Below, piece after piece: positions 43,356 to 53,425 of a stretch of 64,000 nt of DNA. Every line of letters starts with the position of its first letter. Positions within the stretch are counted from its first letter, which is position 1. Below the pieces are notes generated by a model. It did not search any database. It saw only the letters and a list, made by a program, of their open reading frames with translations, and was not told the DNA's origin. The stretch is from Parcubacteria group bacterium 21-54-25. Its GTDB lineage: Bacteria > Patescibacteriota > Minisyncoccia > Phycocordibacterales > Phycocordibacteraceae. A program made the translations under genes and the position numbers. The DNA is taken from NCBI GenBank assembly GCA_002255585.1, contig NCBJ01000004.1:6415-70414 (forward strand). The letters are read 5' to 3'.

Positions 43356-44582
43356 CTATCTTGCCAGGTTCTTGCGCCGAGCGGCGCGGTGGCGAGAGAT
43401 GGCAAACCGGTGCGCCTCGCTGTTAGCGAGCACGGCGTCTACTTCGGATACGCCCGCACGACGCGCGCCAATGACTTCGCGTGGGCGATGTTTTTCGTCC
43501 TTCACAACTGCTACTACCGGAATTGCCACACCCGCCTCTTTGAGCACTTCCTCGGCGGCTTTTTTGTGCGTTGTACCACCATCTATCACGAATGCCACTG
43601 GCAGCGGCCACTCTGTGTGCGGTAGGCGGCGCGAGAGCACTTCTTTGAGTGACGCGATGTCGTCGTTGCCCGCCCCGCGTATGCGGAACGTGCGGTAGTC
43701 TTTTTTGCTCGGTGCACCGTCCTCTGTCACCGTCATCACCGCAATGGCGTTTGTGCCAGAAAGATGCGCGGTGTCATACGCTTCGATGCGTGGACTCGCC
43801 TTCGCGCGATCGTGTTCTTCTTTAATGAGCGACACATCTTGCACATGATCGAGCGCAAAGAGCTCGCGACGGATTTCTGCAGCATCTTCAAATCGCTCAT
43901 CTTTCGCGGCTTTTTTCATGTCGCGTGCGAGCGTCTTCCGGAGCTCCTTCGCGCGGCCCGAAAGAAACAACGCGATACTGCGAATAGAGTGACGGTACGC
44001 TGCTTTATTGAGCTCGCGCGGATACTGTCCAATCTGACGATTAAACTCGATCTTAGCGCGCTGGTGCTTGCCCGACATCGTTACGGGCTTAGTCGTGTCA
44101 TAGAACGGAAAGATGCGGCGAATGAGTCGCAGCGCTTCGCGCAGCTGTGGCCCCGAAGGGAACGGGCCAAATACGTAGCGTATGCCCACGCCACCAGCAC
44201 TTGTGCGCGTCTCGTTCAAATCTTTTCCGCGGACCATGAGTACGCGCGGCCATTCTTCTTTTGTAATCACTGCATAGAGAAACGTTTTGTCGTCCTTTCC
44301 CTCGACGTTCGCTTTGGGTAGATATTTTTTAATGAGCACGGCCTCACGCACCAACGCTTCAAGCACTGTTGGTGTCGTTTCGAACGCCACGCGGTCGGCC
44401 TGCGTCACCATGTCCACAATGCGCGGCCCACGTGTCGCGATGAGGTCATAATCAAAATAACTCCGCACCCTGTCGCGCAAGCTGGTTGCCTTCCCCACGT
44501 AGAGCACGGTGCGACCTTTCTTAAACAGGTACACGCCCGGCACGTCGGGCAGCTTATGTTTTGCGAGATCGTTTTGTTGCAT
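43356..44582 (-). CDS. uvrC: Excinuclease ABC subunit C, short form lacking the C-terminal (HhH)2 domain
   Basis: 408 aa. GIY-YIG (GVYLFKKGRTVLYVGKATSLRDRVRSYF), UvrB-interaction region and RNase H-like endonuclease domain. Ends without HhH motifs. Confidence 0.8.
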   Translation of the reverse strand: MQQNDLAKHKLPDVPGVYLFKKGRTVLYVGKATSLRDRVRSYFDYDLIATRGPRIVDMVTQADRVAFETTPTVLEALVREAVLIKKYLPKANVEGKDDKTFLYAVITKEEWPRVLMVRGKDLNETRTSAGGVGIRYVFGPFPSGPQLREALRLIRRIFPFYDTTKPVTMSGKHQRAKIEFNRQIGQYPRELNKAAYRHSIRSIALFLSGRAKELRKTLARDMKKAAKDERFEDAAEIRRELFALDHVQDVSLIKEEHDRAKASPRIEAYDTAHLSGTNAIAVMTVTEDGAPSKKDYRTFRIRGAGNDDIASLKEVLSRRLPHTEWPLPVAFVIDGGTTHKKAAEEVLKEAGVAIPVVAVVKDEKHRPREVIGARRAGVSEVDAVLANSEAHRFAISRHRAARRKNLAR

Positions 44583-47229
44583 GCCGCTTCACGAGGACGC
44601 GTTTTAGATACTCGCCCGTGTGTGATCCCTTACTATTCGCAACCTCTTCTGGTGTACCTTTGGCCACTACCTTGCCGCCGCCCACGCCACCTTCGGGACC
44701 GAAATCTATCAGGTAGTCAGCACTTTTAATAACGTCGAGATTGTGTTCGATTACGACGACTGTATTGCCACGATGAACAAGTTCCTGGAGAATGTCCAAC
44801 AGTTTACGCACGTCCTCGAAATGGAGCCCGACCGTTGGTTCGTCGAGCAAATAAATTGTTTTCATGGTAAGGGGTCGATACAGCTCGCTTGATATTTTTA
44901 CACGCTGCGCCTCGCCGCCTGAGAGCGTGGTTGCACTTTGCCCGAGTGTCAGATATCCCAAGCCGGTCGAGGCAAGCGCGGCGAGTCGATCGTGCACCGC
45001 CGGCACGTCTTTGAAGAACTCAATACCCTCCTCTACCGTCATCTTGAGCACGTCGTGAATGTTCTTACTGTGATACGTCACCGCAAGCGTTTCTTTCATA
45101 AAACGTGTCCCGTTGCACACGTCGCACACGACGTAGACCGTTGGTAAAAAGTGCATTTCGACCGCAATCAAACCATTCCCTTGACAGGCTTCGCATCGAC
45201 CGCCGGGCACGTTAAATGAAAAACGTCCCGGTTTCCAACCACGAGCGCGCGCTTCGCTTGTGGCCGCAAACAGCTGTCGAATGTGTGTGAAGGCGCCCGT
45301 GTACGTTGCGGGGTTAGAGCGCGGCGTACGTCCAATGGGTGACTGATCGATCATTACCACGCGGCCAGCGTACTCGGTACCAGTAATTGATGCACAGTGC
45401 TCTGGTTTTGCTTGCCGCTTGGTAAAACGTGCGGCGAGATTGCGGTTGAGGATGTCGTAGAGGAATGTGGATTTGCCGGACCCCGACACTCCGGTCACGC
45501 ACACAAGCTTGCCAAGCGGCACATCCACGTTCACGTTTTCTAGATTATGGAGTGTCGCCCCGTGTATATGCACTGCTCCCTTGTCGGCAGTGCGGCGCAT
45601 CACCGGTATGGGAATCTCCGCATCGCCACGCAGGTACGGAAGCGTACGTGACTCCTGCGTATCCGCGGTTTCTTTCAAGAGATCGGCAAGCCATCCTGCG
45701 GCAACCACACGACCACCATGAACGCCCGCTCCCGGCCCAATATCAATCAAATAATCCGCTGCAAAAATAGTATCTTCATCGTGTTCAACGACAATGATGG
45801 TATTGCCGAGATCTTTGAGCGTGAGCAATGTTTTGATGAGTCGGTCGTTGTCGCGTTGATGAAGACCAATCGTCGGTTCATCAAGCACATAAAGTGCCCC
45901 CGTAAGACCACTCCCCAATTGCGAAGCAAGCCGGATGCGTTGCGCCTCGCCGCCCGAAAGGGTTGCGGCCGAGCGATCGAGCGTCAGATACTCAAGGCCG
46001 ACGTCGAGCATAAAACGGAGACGGCTTTCTATTTCACGAACAACCGAGAAGGCAATCTCAAGCTGCATATCAGAAAGTTCAAGATGATCGATGTACGCCT
46101 TGGCGTCGGCGATTGATAGACGGGTAAAATCGACAATATTCTTGCCAAGCCCTTTGTCTGCTTCGCTTTTGAGGTACACGCGCAGCGCCTCGGGCCGCAA
46201 GCGCGCGCCAGTACATACCGGGCAAACCGTCTCTGAAAAGAGTGTTTCAGTGCCAAGGCCGTTACACGCCGGACACGCGCCATACGGTGAATTAAATGAA
46301 AACAGGCGTGGTTCGACCTCGGGAAATGAAGCACCGTCGTCAGGACAAATGAACTTCGAGGAGAGCGTCTCGGTCGTGCCATCGGCGTGCGCAATTTTTA
46401 CGAGACCATCGGTTTCTTTGAGTGCGAGCTCGAGTGCTTCGGAGAGACGCTCACGCGCAGCATCTGGTGATCGTTCAAACTCTGACACAAAAAGGCTGTC
46501 GACAACGGCATCAATGTCGTGTCGTTTATTTCGATCGAGTACTATTTTTTCACGTAGTGACTGTGCCTTGCCGTCGACGACAACTTTTTCATATCCTTTG
46601 CCGAGCAGGTCGTAGAGAAGTTGGTAGTATTCGCCTTTTCTCCCAACTACGACCGGTGCGTATAGCACGACCGTACGGCGGTCGTAGGGTACGCCCATGA
46701 CGGTCTTTGCTTTTGCTTCGCCGCCACGTGGCGCCTGCGAAGCAGTGCGCGCCGCTACTTTTTCAAGTACGAGCTGTATCATTTCTTCTTTCGAGAGTTT
46801 AGAAATGGGCACATCGTGATGAACACAGTACGGCTGCCCGACGCGCGCATAGAGCACGCGCAGATAGTCATATATTTCAGTCACGGTTGCGACCGTCGAG
46901 CGCGGGTTGTTTGAACGGCTTTTTTGATCAATGGCAATGGCTGGCGACAAACCGGTAATATCTTCAATATCGGGCTTAGCCATGTGATTCAAGAACTGAC
47001 GCGCGTAGGCGCTAAGCGACTCCACGTAACGGCGCTGCCCTTCGGCGAAAATGGTGTCGAATGCAAGCGAAGACTTGCCTGAGCCAGAGAGACCGGTAAT
47101 AACGGTCATAGCGCCGCGTGGCAGCTTGACCGAGAGATTCTTCAAGTTGTGCGTGCGTGCACCAACGACCGCGAGCCAATCGCTCCCGTGCTGATGCCCA
47201 TGTGCGTGTGTTTTCTTGGAAGTAGTCAT
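44554..47229 (-). CDS. uvrA: Excinuclease ABC subunit A
   Basis: 892 aa from the ATG at 47229. Two ABC ATPase modules (GLSGSGKSSLAF, GVSGSGKSTFLYD), zinc-finger CxxC pairs and LSGGEAQR signatures. Overlaps uvrC by 29 nt. Confidence 0.95.
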   Translation of the reverse strand: MTTSKKTHAHGHQHGSDWLAVVGARTHNLKNLSVKLPRGAMTVITGLSGSGKSSLAFDTIFAEGQRRYVESLSAYARQFLNHMAKPDIEDITGLSPAIAIDQKSRSNNPRSTVATVTEIYDYLRVLYARVGQPYCVHHDVPISKLSKEEMIQLVLEKVAARTASQAPRGGEAKAKTVMGVPYDRRTVVLYAPVVVGRKGEYYQLLYDLLGKGYEKVVVDGKAQSLREKIVLDRNKRHDIDAVVDSLFVSEFERSPDAARERLSEALELALKETDGLVKIAHADGTTETLSSKFICPDDGASFPEVEPRLFSFNSPYGACPACNGLGTETLFSETVCPVCTGARLRPEALRVYLKSEADKGLGKNIVDFTRLSIADAKAYIDHLELSDMQLEIAFSVVREIESRLRFMLDVGLEYLTLDRSAATLSGGEAQRIRLASQLGSGLTGALYVLDEPTIGLHQRDNDRLIKTLLTLKDLGNTIIVVEHDEDTIFAADYLIDIGPGAGVHGGRVVAAGWLADLLKETADTQESRTLPYLRGDAEIPIPVMRRTADKGAVHIHGATLHNLENVNVDVPLGKLVCVTGVSGSGKSTFLYDILNRNLAARFTKRQAKPEHCASITGTEYAGRVVMIDQSPIGRTPRSNPATYTGAFTHIRQLFAATSEARARGWKPGRFSFNVPGGRCEACQGNGLIAVEMHFLPTVYVVCDVCNGTRFMKETLAVTYHSKNIHDVLKMTVEEGIEFFKDVPAVHDRLAALASTGLGYLTLGQSATTLSGGEAQRVKISSELYRPLTMKTIYLLDEPTVGLHFEDVRKLLDILQELVHRGNTVVVIEHNLDVIKSADYLIDFGPEGGVGGGKVVAKGTPEEVANSKGSHTGEYLKRVLVKRHATKRSRKT

Positions 47230-47280
47230 GATGAAACGCTGCGCGTGGGGGCGCAGAATCGAGTACATTATACCACTTTT

Positions 47281-47670
47281 TTACTTCGCGGGAAGTGTGC
47301 TGAGCACTTCGTTTATTTTCGCCGTAATCTCATCAATAGAGACTTCTGCTTTGACAAGATACGCGCTCACCCCCAATGCTTTGACGCGGTCAATGTCTTT
47401 TTGCTGTCCGAGATTAGACACGACAATGATAGGTGTTGATTTAACCGCATCATTACGCGCGCGCACTTTCTCTAAAAAAGTAAACCCGTCCATGTCGGGC
47501 ATCAATAAATCAAGCAGTATGAGTGTTGGCGTCTGTGTATCCAAAAGCGCAAGCGCTTCTGCACCGTTGTTGGCGTAGAGCATGTTGTATTGATCGGCAA
47601 ACGCGCGGCTAAGCAGTTTCTTAAGGATGATGTCGTCCTCTACGACCAAGATAACGGTATCAGATTCCAT
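47281..47670 (-). CDS. Response regulator, receiver domain only (CheY-like)
   Basis: 129 aa from the ATG at 47670 (MESDTVILVVEDDIILKK...LLDLLMPDMDGF...K). The ORF-finder N-terminal extension overlaps the kinase gene. Confidence 0.8.
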   Translation of the reverse strand: MESDTVILVVEDDIILKKLLSRAFADQYNMLYANNGAEALALLDTQTPTLILLDLLMPDMDGFTFLEKVRARNDAVKSTPIIVVSNLGQQKDIDRVKALGVSAYLVKAEVSIDEITAKINEVLSTLPAK

Positions 47671-47707
47671 AGTAGTGAGTGGTATATGCAGTATAGCAAG
47701 CGATATG

Positions 47708-48769
47708 CTATCCCGCCACCGGAAGCGAGAGCGTGAACGTGGTACCAACCTTAGTGTCATTCGCCGAGAACGACAGGTCGCCACCATGGTCAGCCGCGAT
47801 GGTGCGAGCGATGTAAAGCCCAAGACCGTTGCCGGCGTTTTCCTTTGAGACTGCGTTGCTCGCGCGATAAAACCGTTCGAATATGCCTGAGCGGTCTGTC
47901 TCGGGGATGCCGATGCCGGTATCACGTACGTGCACACAAAGGGTAAGCGAGTCCCGCATATCTGCCCACGCAGTGACGGAGCCGCCGCTTGGCGTATATC
48001 GAATCGCGTTTTCAATGATGTTATTCAACACCCAACGAACTTGTTCACGATCGGCCCTGACTGGCGGGAGCGCGTGCGGATTTTCTTTGTACGAAAGCGT
48101 GACGCTCCGTTCACGCGCCATGTGATCAAAATCGGCGACCACTGTTTTGAGAAATGCTGGCATGTCGACGGCTTCAAAATGATACTGGTGTTTCCCCGAC
48201 TCTATGGACGACATGTTGAGCAGTGTACCGACAATGCTAACGAGTTGATGACTTTTTTCGGCTGCGTTTTCAATGAGTGCGCGCTGCTCTTCTGAAACCG
48301 TATCGCTTTTTTCGAGTGCTTCGAGTGCCCAGCGAATGCCGGTGAGCGGCGTGCGGAGCTGATGCGCGGCCGTCGTGATGAAGTCTGACTTCACGTGTGA
48401 AATTTCGGTATCCCGTGCGTGTGAATGCTCAACGCGCTCAGAAAGATCCACGAAAGTAACGATGAGCATGCGGATCTCGCGTGGTGTCAGTCGAGAAATT
48501 TTAATAGGCACGCGTACGCCCTGCTTCGCAAACGCATTCATCGCGGTAGTGAGGTTCCTAATTGGCACCCCTACTAAACGAAAAAACAAAAATGCTAGCA
48601 ACGCAATGAGTCCTAAAAAGAGTGTTGCGAAGATGAGAAGGTTGAGGAGCGCAGACTCGGGAGTTGCTGGGTCTGTTGCAACCAGAAGGCGAAAGAAAAG
48701 CAGCGCGGCACCATACCCCACCACAGCAAAACTCCCGAGAATGATGAGTAGGGTATTACGAAGTTTCAT
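47708..48769 (-). CDS. Sensor histidine kinase (2 TM, HisKA + HATPase_c)
   Basis: 353 aa from the ATG at 48769 (MKLRNTLLIILGSFAVVGY...). H-box ITTAAHQLRTPLTGI; N/G boxes (GSVTAWADMRD..., DTGIGIP, GNGLGLYIARTIA). Confidence 0.85.
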   Translation of the reverse strand: MKLRNTLLIILGSFAVVGYGAALLFFRLLVATDPATPESALLNLLIFATLFLGLIALLAFLFFRLVGVPIRNLTTAMNAFAKQGVRVPIKISRLTPREIRMLIVTFVDLSERVEHSHARDTEISHVKSDFITTAAHQLRTPLTGIRWALEALEKSDTVSEEQRALIENAAEKSHQLVSIVGTLLNMSSIESGKHQYHFEAVDMPAFLKTVVADFDHMARERSVTLSYKENPHALPPVRADREQVRWVLNNIIENAIRYTPSGGSVTAWADMRDSLTLCVHVRDTGIGIPETDRSGIFERFYRASNAVSKENAGNGLGLYIARTIAADHGGDLSFSANDTKVGTTFTLSLPVAG

Positions 48770-48791
48770 ATGTGTAGCATACCACCCCGCC

Positions 48792-50861
48792 TCAGCGTCG
48801 CCGAGGTCGGTGCGTGGTTTTTGTCGCATGCGCTGCTGGAGCCGCTTCCTCGAGCGTGTAGATCTCATCACGAATGAGTGCCGCGGTTTCAAAATCGAGC
48901 TGCGCGACAGCTTCGGCCATTTGCGTGCGTTTCTCCTTGATAAATTTTTTCGGGTTCTGCGTATAAAGCGCTGCGTCGACCACGAGCAACGAGTGCACCG
49001 TCTTATCATGCTCACTGCGCATTGACTCGGCAATGTCGCGAATCTCCTTATGCACCGTCTTGGGCGTTATGCCGTGTTCTTTGTTGTACGCAACCTGTTT
49101 TGCGCGCCGGCGATTCGTCTCATCAATGGCGCGGGTGAGTGAACCGGTCATGACATCCGCGTAGAGGAGCACGCGCCCCAGCACATTTCGCGCCGCGCGG
49201 CCGATGGTCTGAATAAGCGAAGTCTCACTCCGTAAAAATCCTTCTTTATCTGCGTCGAGGATGCCGACCAACTCAACCTCGGGCAAGTCGAGCCCTTCTC
49301 GAAGCAAGTTCACGCCAATGAGCACGTCGAACACGCCCTTGCGGAACTCGGTGAGGATTGTGATGCGATCGATGGTTTTCACATCCGAGTGCAGGTACTC
49401 GGCCTGCATGCCGCGCTGCTTCAAAAACTCGGCGAGGTCCTCGGCCATCACTTTCGTGAGTGTGGTTGCAAGTACGCGACCGCCATTCGCGATGACTGCC
49501 TCCGCCTCACGTATAAAATCCGCTACCTGTCCAGGGTACGCACCCTGCTCGACGACGCCGCGCACGTCGAGTTCAGGGTCGATGAGCCCCGTCGGACGAA
49601 TTATTTGTTCGACCACCTGACCAGCAGGTGGTGCCGAGTGCTCACGCTCGTAGGGACCGGGTGTTGCGCTCGTGTAAATAACCTGCCCCACGCGCTCTTC
49701 AAACTCTTCAAAAGTGAGCGGCCGATTGTCGCGCGCTGATGGCAAACGGAACCCGAACTCGACCAGTACGTCTTTACGCGAACGGTCGCCCGCATACATA
49801 CCAGCGATTTGCGGCACTGTTACGTGCGACTCGTCAATGATGGTGAGGAAATCTGCTGTGCCGTCTCTAGTGTGTGGAAAATACGAAAGCAGCGTGTGGG
49901 GCGGCTCGCCCGGAGTACGCCCATCAAAGTGGCGTGAGTAGTTCTCGATGCCGGTGGTGTAGCCGACTTCGCGTATAAGCGAGAGGTCGTGGAGCGTGCG
50001 ACGCTTCAAACGCTCTGCTTCGAGATTTTTCTCCTCGCGCTTCAGTTTGACAAGTTGCTCGTCGAGCTCGGCCTTGATATCAATAATCGCGCGGGCGCGC
50101 TCATCCCCACTCGTCACGAAGTGCTTGGCTGGAAATATGAAGAGCGATTCTGGTGAGGCAATACGCGCGCGCGAAATTGCATCCAGTGTGTCGATTACGG
50201 TGATGCGGTCTTCGTCGTCGAAGGCGACTCGGTAGAGTACTTTTTCGTTGACCGGCATCACCTCCACGCTGTTGCCGATGGCGCGAAACTGTCCAGGAGA
50301 AAGGTCGGCATTGGTACGTTCAAAGTAAATGCCCACGAGCTTGCGCACCAGTTGCGCGCGCGAGAGCTCTTCCCCCACGGCGAGCTTCACGTGCACTTTC
50401 TCATATTCTTCAGGTGAGCCGAGACCATAAATAGCAGACACGGACGCCACGATGATGACGTCTTTGCGGGTGAGCAGTGCCTGCGTCGCTGCGTGGCGCA
50501 GGCGATCAATCTCGGCGTTAATCTGTGCCTCCTTCTCTATGTACGTATCCGAATGCGCGATATATGCTTCTGGCTGATAGTAGTCATAGTAAGAAACGAA
50601 GTAGTGCACTGCGTGCGTAGGGAAAAACTCTCGGTACTCCTGCGCCAGCTGCGCCGCGAGCGTTTTATTGTGCGCCATAACAAGCGTCGGTTTATCGAAA
50701 TGCGCAATGACATTTGCTGCGGTGAACGTTTTGCCGGAACCCGTCACGCCGAGAAGCGTTTGGTGACGTATGCCGGTATCCAAACCCTCTGAAAGAGCTT
50801 TGATTGCTTCCGGCTGGTCACCTGCCGGCTGGTAGGGCGTGTGAAGCTTAAATGTTGCCAT
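48792..50861 (-). CDS. uvrB: Excinuclease ABC subunit B
   Basis: 689 aa from the ATG at 50861 (MATFKLHTPYQPAGDQPEAIKAL...GVTGSGKTFT). Helicase motifs, and a C-terminal UVR domain (AEAVAQLDFETAALIRDEI). Confidence 0.95.
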   Translation of the reverse strand: MATFKLHTPYQPAGDQPEAIKALSEGLDTGIRHQTLLGVTGSGKTFTAANVIAHFDKPTLVMAHNKTLAAQLAQEYREFFPTHAVHYFVSYYDYYQPEAYIAHSDTYIEKEAQINAEIDRLRHAATQALLTRKDVIIVASVSAIYGLGSPEEYEKVHVKLAVGEELSRAQLVRKLVGIYFERTNADLSPGQFRAIGNSVEVMPVNEKVLYRVAFDDEDRITVIDTLDAISRARIASPESLFIFPAKHFVTSGDERARAIIDIKAELDEQLVKLKREEKNLEAERLKRRTLHDLSLIREVGYTTGIENYSRHFDGRTPGEPPHTLLSYFPHTRDGTADFLTIIDESHVTVPQIAGMYAGDRSRKDVLVEFGFRLPSARDNRPLTFEEFEERVGQVIYTSATPGPYEREHSAPPAGQVVEQIIRPTGLIDPELDVRGVVEQGAYPGQVADFIREAEAVIANGGRVLATTLTKVMAEDLAEFLKQRGMQAEYLHSDVKTIDRITILTEFRKGVFDVLIGVNLLREGLDLPEVELVGILDADKEGFLRSETSLIQTIGRAARNVLGRVLLYADVMTGSLTRAIDETNRRRAKQVAYNKEHGITPKTVHKEIRDIAESMRSEHDKTVHSLLVVDAALYTQNPKKFIKEKRTQMAEAVAQLDFETAALIRDEIYTLEEAAPAAHATKTTHRPRRR

Positions 50862-52068
50862 AATACGTACGACGAAAGCTCTCATGGTACTCCTCAAACC
50901 GGCCCGCGACTATTGCCTCTCGGGCACCGTCGACCAATGAGAGAATGAAACCGAGGTTGTGCATGGAGGCGATGGTTTGTCCGAGCATTTCGTTTGCGCG
51001 CAGTAGATGCGAAATGTATGCGCGCGTAAACGGCTCTGTACCAGGCACGCGCATCTCTGGATCAAGCGGCGTGAAATCATTTTTGTATTGCTCGTTCTTC
51101 AGGTGTACAGGCCCGCGATGCGTATAGATAGTGCCGTGGCGCCCCATGCGTGTTGCCGCGACGCAGTCAAACAGATCCATACCGTGCGCAATACCCGCAA
51201 GCACGTCGCCGGGTTCACCGATGCCAAGAAAATGACGCGGTTTCTCTTCTGGCAATTCCTGGGCAGCGGCTTGGAGCGCGCCCTGCATGTCCTCCTTGCT
51301 GAACGACCCGCCAATGCCGAAACCGTCAAAGTCAATACTCGCGATTTCGCGCGCACTTTCCCGACGCAGGTCTTCGTAGCGGCCACCCTGCACAATACCG
51401 AAAATAGCTTGTGCGTTGTTTGCAGCGAGGTTCTGGCGATGCGCCTTGAGTGATCGCGCCGCCCATCGATGCGTGCGCTCCATTGCCTCGCGTTGATACT
51501 CCTTTCCCTCCGTCGGTGCCGTGCACTCGTCAAATACAAAGAAAATATCAGCGCCCAGCGCATGCTGAATTTCGACCGAGCGCTCCGGCGTGAAGCGGTG
51601 GAGCGAACCGTCGATGTGCGATGTGAACGTCACGCCCTCGTCGTCGATAACCGCGAGCTGCCCGTGTTGACTTGCGACACCTTCGTCGTAGACAGCCACG
51701 CCGTGCTCGCGCGGTGCCTCTTGCCCATGCGCAATCTTCGTAATGTTTTTGCCGTATGCCGCACCAAGTGAAAACACCTGAAAGCCGCCCGAATCAGTCA
51801 ATGTCGGCCCGTCCCAACCCATGAATGTCCCTACACCGCCGGCCGCTTTAACTATGTTCTCGCCGGGCCGTAGGTAGAGGTGGTACGTGTTGGCAAGCAC
51901 CACCTGCGCACCAAGTGCTGGGAGAAGCCCGGGCAACACGCCCTTCACACTCGCCTGGGTTGCCACGGGGATAAACGCAGGCGTTTTGATAACGCCATGC
52001 GGTGTAGTGAGTGTGCCCGCGCGCGCATGGTGCTCCCGGGCTTCTATAGAAAAAATCAACGCACCCAT
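50848..52068 (-). CDS. tgt: Queuine tRNA-ribosyltransferase (tRNA-guanine transglycosylase)
   Basis: 406 aa. TIM-barrel Tgt motifs (PAFIPVATQASVKG, LANTYHLYLRPG, catalytic Asp region) and a C-terminal zinc site (C..C..C..H pattern). Overlaps the uvrB start by 14 nt. Confidence 0.85.
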   Translation of the reverse strand: MGALIFSIEAREHHARAGTLTTPHGVIKTPAFIPVATQASVKGVLPGLLPALGAQVVLANTYHLYLRPGENIVKAAGGVGTFMGWDGPTLTDSGGFQVFSLGAAYGKNITKIAHGQEAPREHGVAVYDEGVASQHGQLAVIDDEGVTFTSHIDGSLHRFTPERSVEIQHALGADIFFVFDECTAPTEGKEYQREAMERTHRWAARSLKAHRQNLAANNAQAIFGIVQGGRYEDLRRESAREIASIDFDGFGIGGSFSKEDMQGALQAAAQELPEEKPRHFLGIGEPGDVLAGIAHGMDLFDCVAATRMGRHGTIYTHRGPVHLKNEQYKNDFTPLDPEMRVPGTEPFTRAYISHLLRANEMLGQTIASMHNLGFILSLVDGAREAIVAGRFEEYHESFRRTYYGNI

Positions 52069-52154
52069 GCGCTGACGATACCAGCAAAACGTGCCGTGCG
52101 CATCTGCTAGAAAAACTCCCGCAAGGATACCGATATCCCGCGGGAGAGTTACCT

Positions 52155-52769
52155 CTACTTCTGATACGGCGGCCAGAACGCCTGACCACCGTTTTCCATC
52201 TCCGTCATTCCTTTGCGGAAGGCCCTTTGGAACGCGGCGTATTTAGCAGGGTCATGAAGGAGTCGCTTAACCTCCTCCGGCGAATACCAGACAATCCTTT
52301 TGCTGCTTTCTCCATCACGAACGCACGTGAGGTCGAGGTTCATGTTTTCATCCCTATAACTGAACTCCCAGGAGGGGACCATGGTGACGCCGGTAATCGC
52401 CGCATACATCGCCATGAGCGGCTTGATCAGCATACTGGCCCCATCGGAGGTTATGTTGTAGAGATATCCACCGAAACCGCCACCGGCGCCACCGGCAACA
52501 GCCGAAAAAAATGCCCTACGTACACCTCCCTTGACGGCGCTGCCGCGAATGTCGTTAACTACGAGCCTGCACTGGTCGAAGATCTTTCGGTGCATCGCTT
52601 GATCGGTCCTTGTCACCGGACCATCGACCAGTGGTTTCATGATTGGTATCTCACTCACCCGCACCGGGCCAAACTCATGATTACCTCCCATCATCGCACA
52701 CCCGTTGGAAGAAAAGATTGCGAAGAAAATGAGTAGCGCAACCATCCCACGCACGATTCTTTTGGCCAT
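52155..52769 (-). CDS. Hypothetical lipoprotein
   Basis: 204 aa. Signal peptide plus lipobox-like FSSNGC. Gly-rich segment (AGGAGGGFGGY). No family recognised. Confidence 0.5.
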   Translation of the reverse strand: MAKRIVRGMVALLIFFAIFSSNGCAMMGGNHEFGPVRVSEIPIMKPLVDGPVTRTDQAMHRKIFDQCRLVVNDIRGSAVKGGVRRAFFSAVAGGAGGGFGGYLYNITSDGASMLIKPLMAMYAAITGVTMVPSWEFSYRDENMNLDLTCVRDGESSKRIVWYSPEEVKRLLHDPAKYAAFQRAFRKGMTEMENGGQAFWPPYQK

Positions 52770-52885
52770 AGACTGGCCCTCCTTTTTTGTGGCCGCCCTT
52801 GGCGGCGTTCAAGTGAGTGCGAGAAGATTCCTCGCACCTCTGGCATCCTTATAGCACACGTCCTACGATTTGTAAATACGCGCGA

Positions 52886-53401
52886 CTATTGGGCTGGAGT
52901 CGTCGTTGCTGGTGTCACACTTACAAGCTGCACCTTGAAAATAAGTGTCGAGTTCGGAGGGATGGGGCCATTACCTTGTGCGCCGTAGCCAAGTGCCGGC
53001 GGAATGGTGATTGTGCGTTGCCCGCCGACTTTCATACCAATGACGCCCTCCTCCATACCTGGGATGACATTGTGTGCTCCAATGGTGAACGGAAGCGGCT
53101 TATTGCCGTGTGCTTGTGAGGAATCAAAAACCGTGCCGTTGGAAAGCATGCCCTCGTAGAGAATGGAAATTTGATCGCCTGGTTGGGCAACTGCGCCCGT
53201 ACCCACTACCGTATCCACGACAGAGAGGCTCCCTGGTGTCGCGGACGTTGTCGTACCGGTGGTCGAAGCCACGGATACTGCCTGATTGATGGACGACTGG
53301 GTACCTACGCCGGTAAAAAACGCAAAGATTGACTGGCCAAAGAAACCAAAGACGACCACGACAATCGCAAGAGCAACGGCAATTCCAGTAGAAGTGTTCA
53401 T
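52886..53401 (-). CDS. FKBP-type peptidyl-prolyl cis-trans isomerase, membrane-anchored
   Basis: 171 aa. N-terminal TM, then an FKBP domain (GDQISILYEGMLSNGTVFDSS...PLPFTIGAHNVIPGMEEGVIGMKVGGQRTITIPPALGYG). Confidence 0.85.
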   Translation of the reverse strand: MNTSTGIAVALAIVVVVFGFFGQSIFAFFTGVGTQSSINQAVSVASTTGTTTSATPGSLSVVDTVVGTGAVAQPGDQISILYEGMLSNGTVFDSSQAHGNKPLPFTIGAHNVIPGMEEGVIGMKVGGQRTITIPPALGYGAQGNGPIPPNSTLIFKVQLVSVTPATTTPAQ

Positions 53402-53425
53402 AGATGATGAGTGTATGTTAACAAA

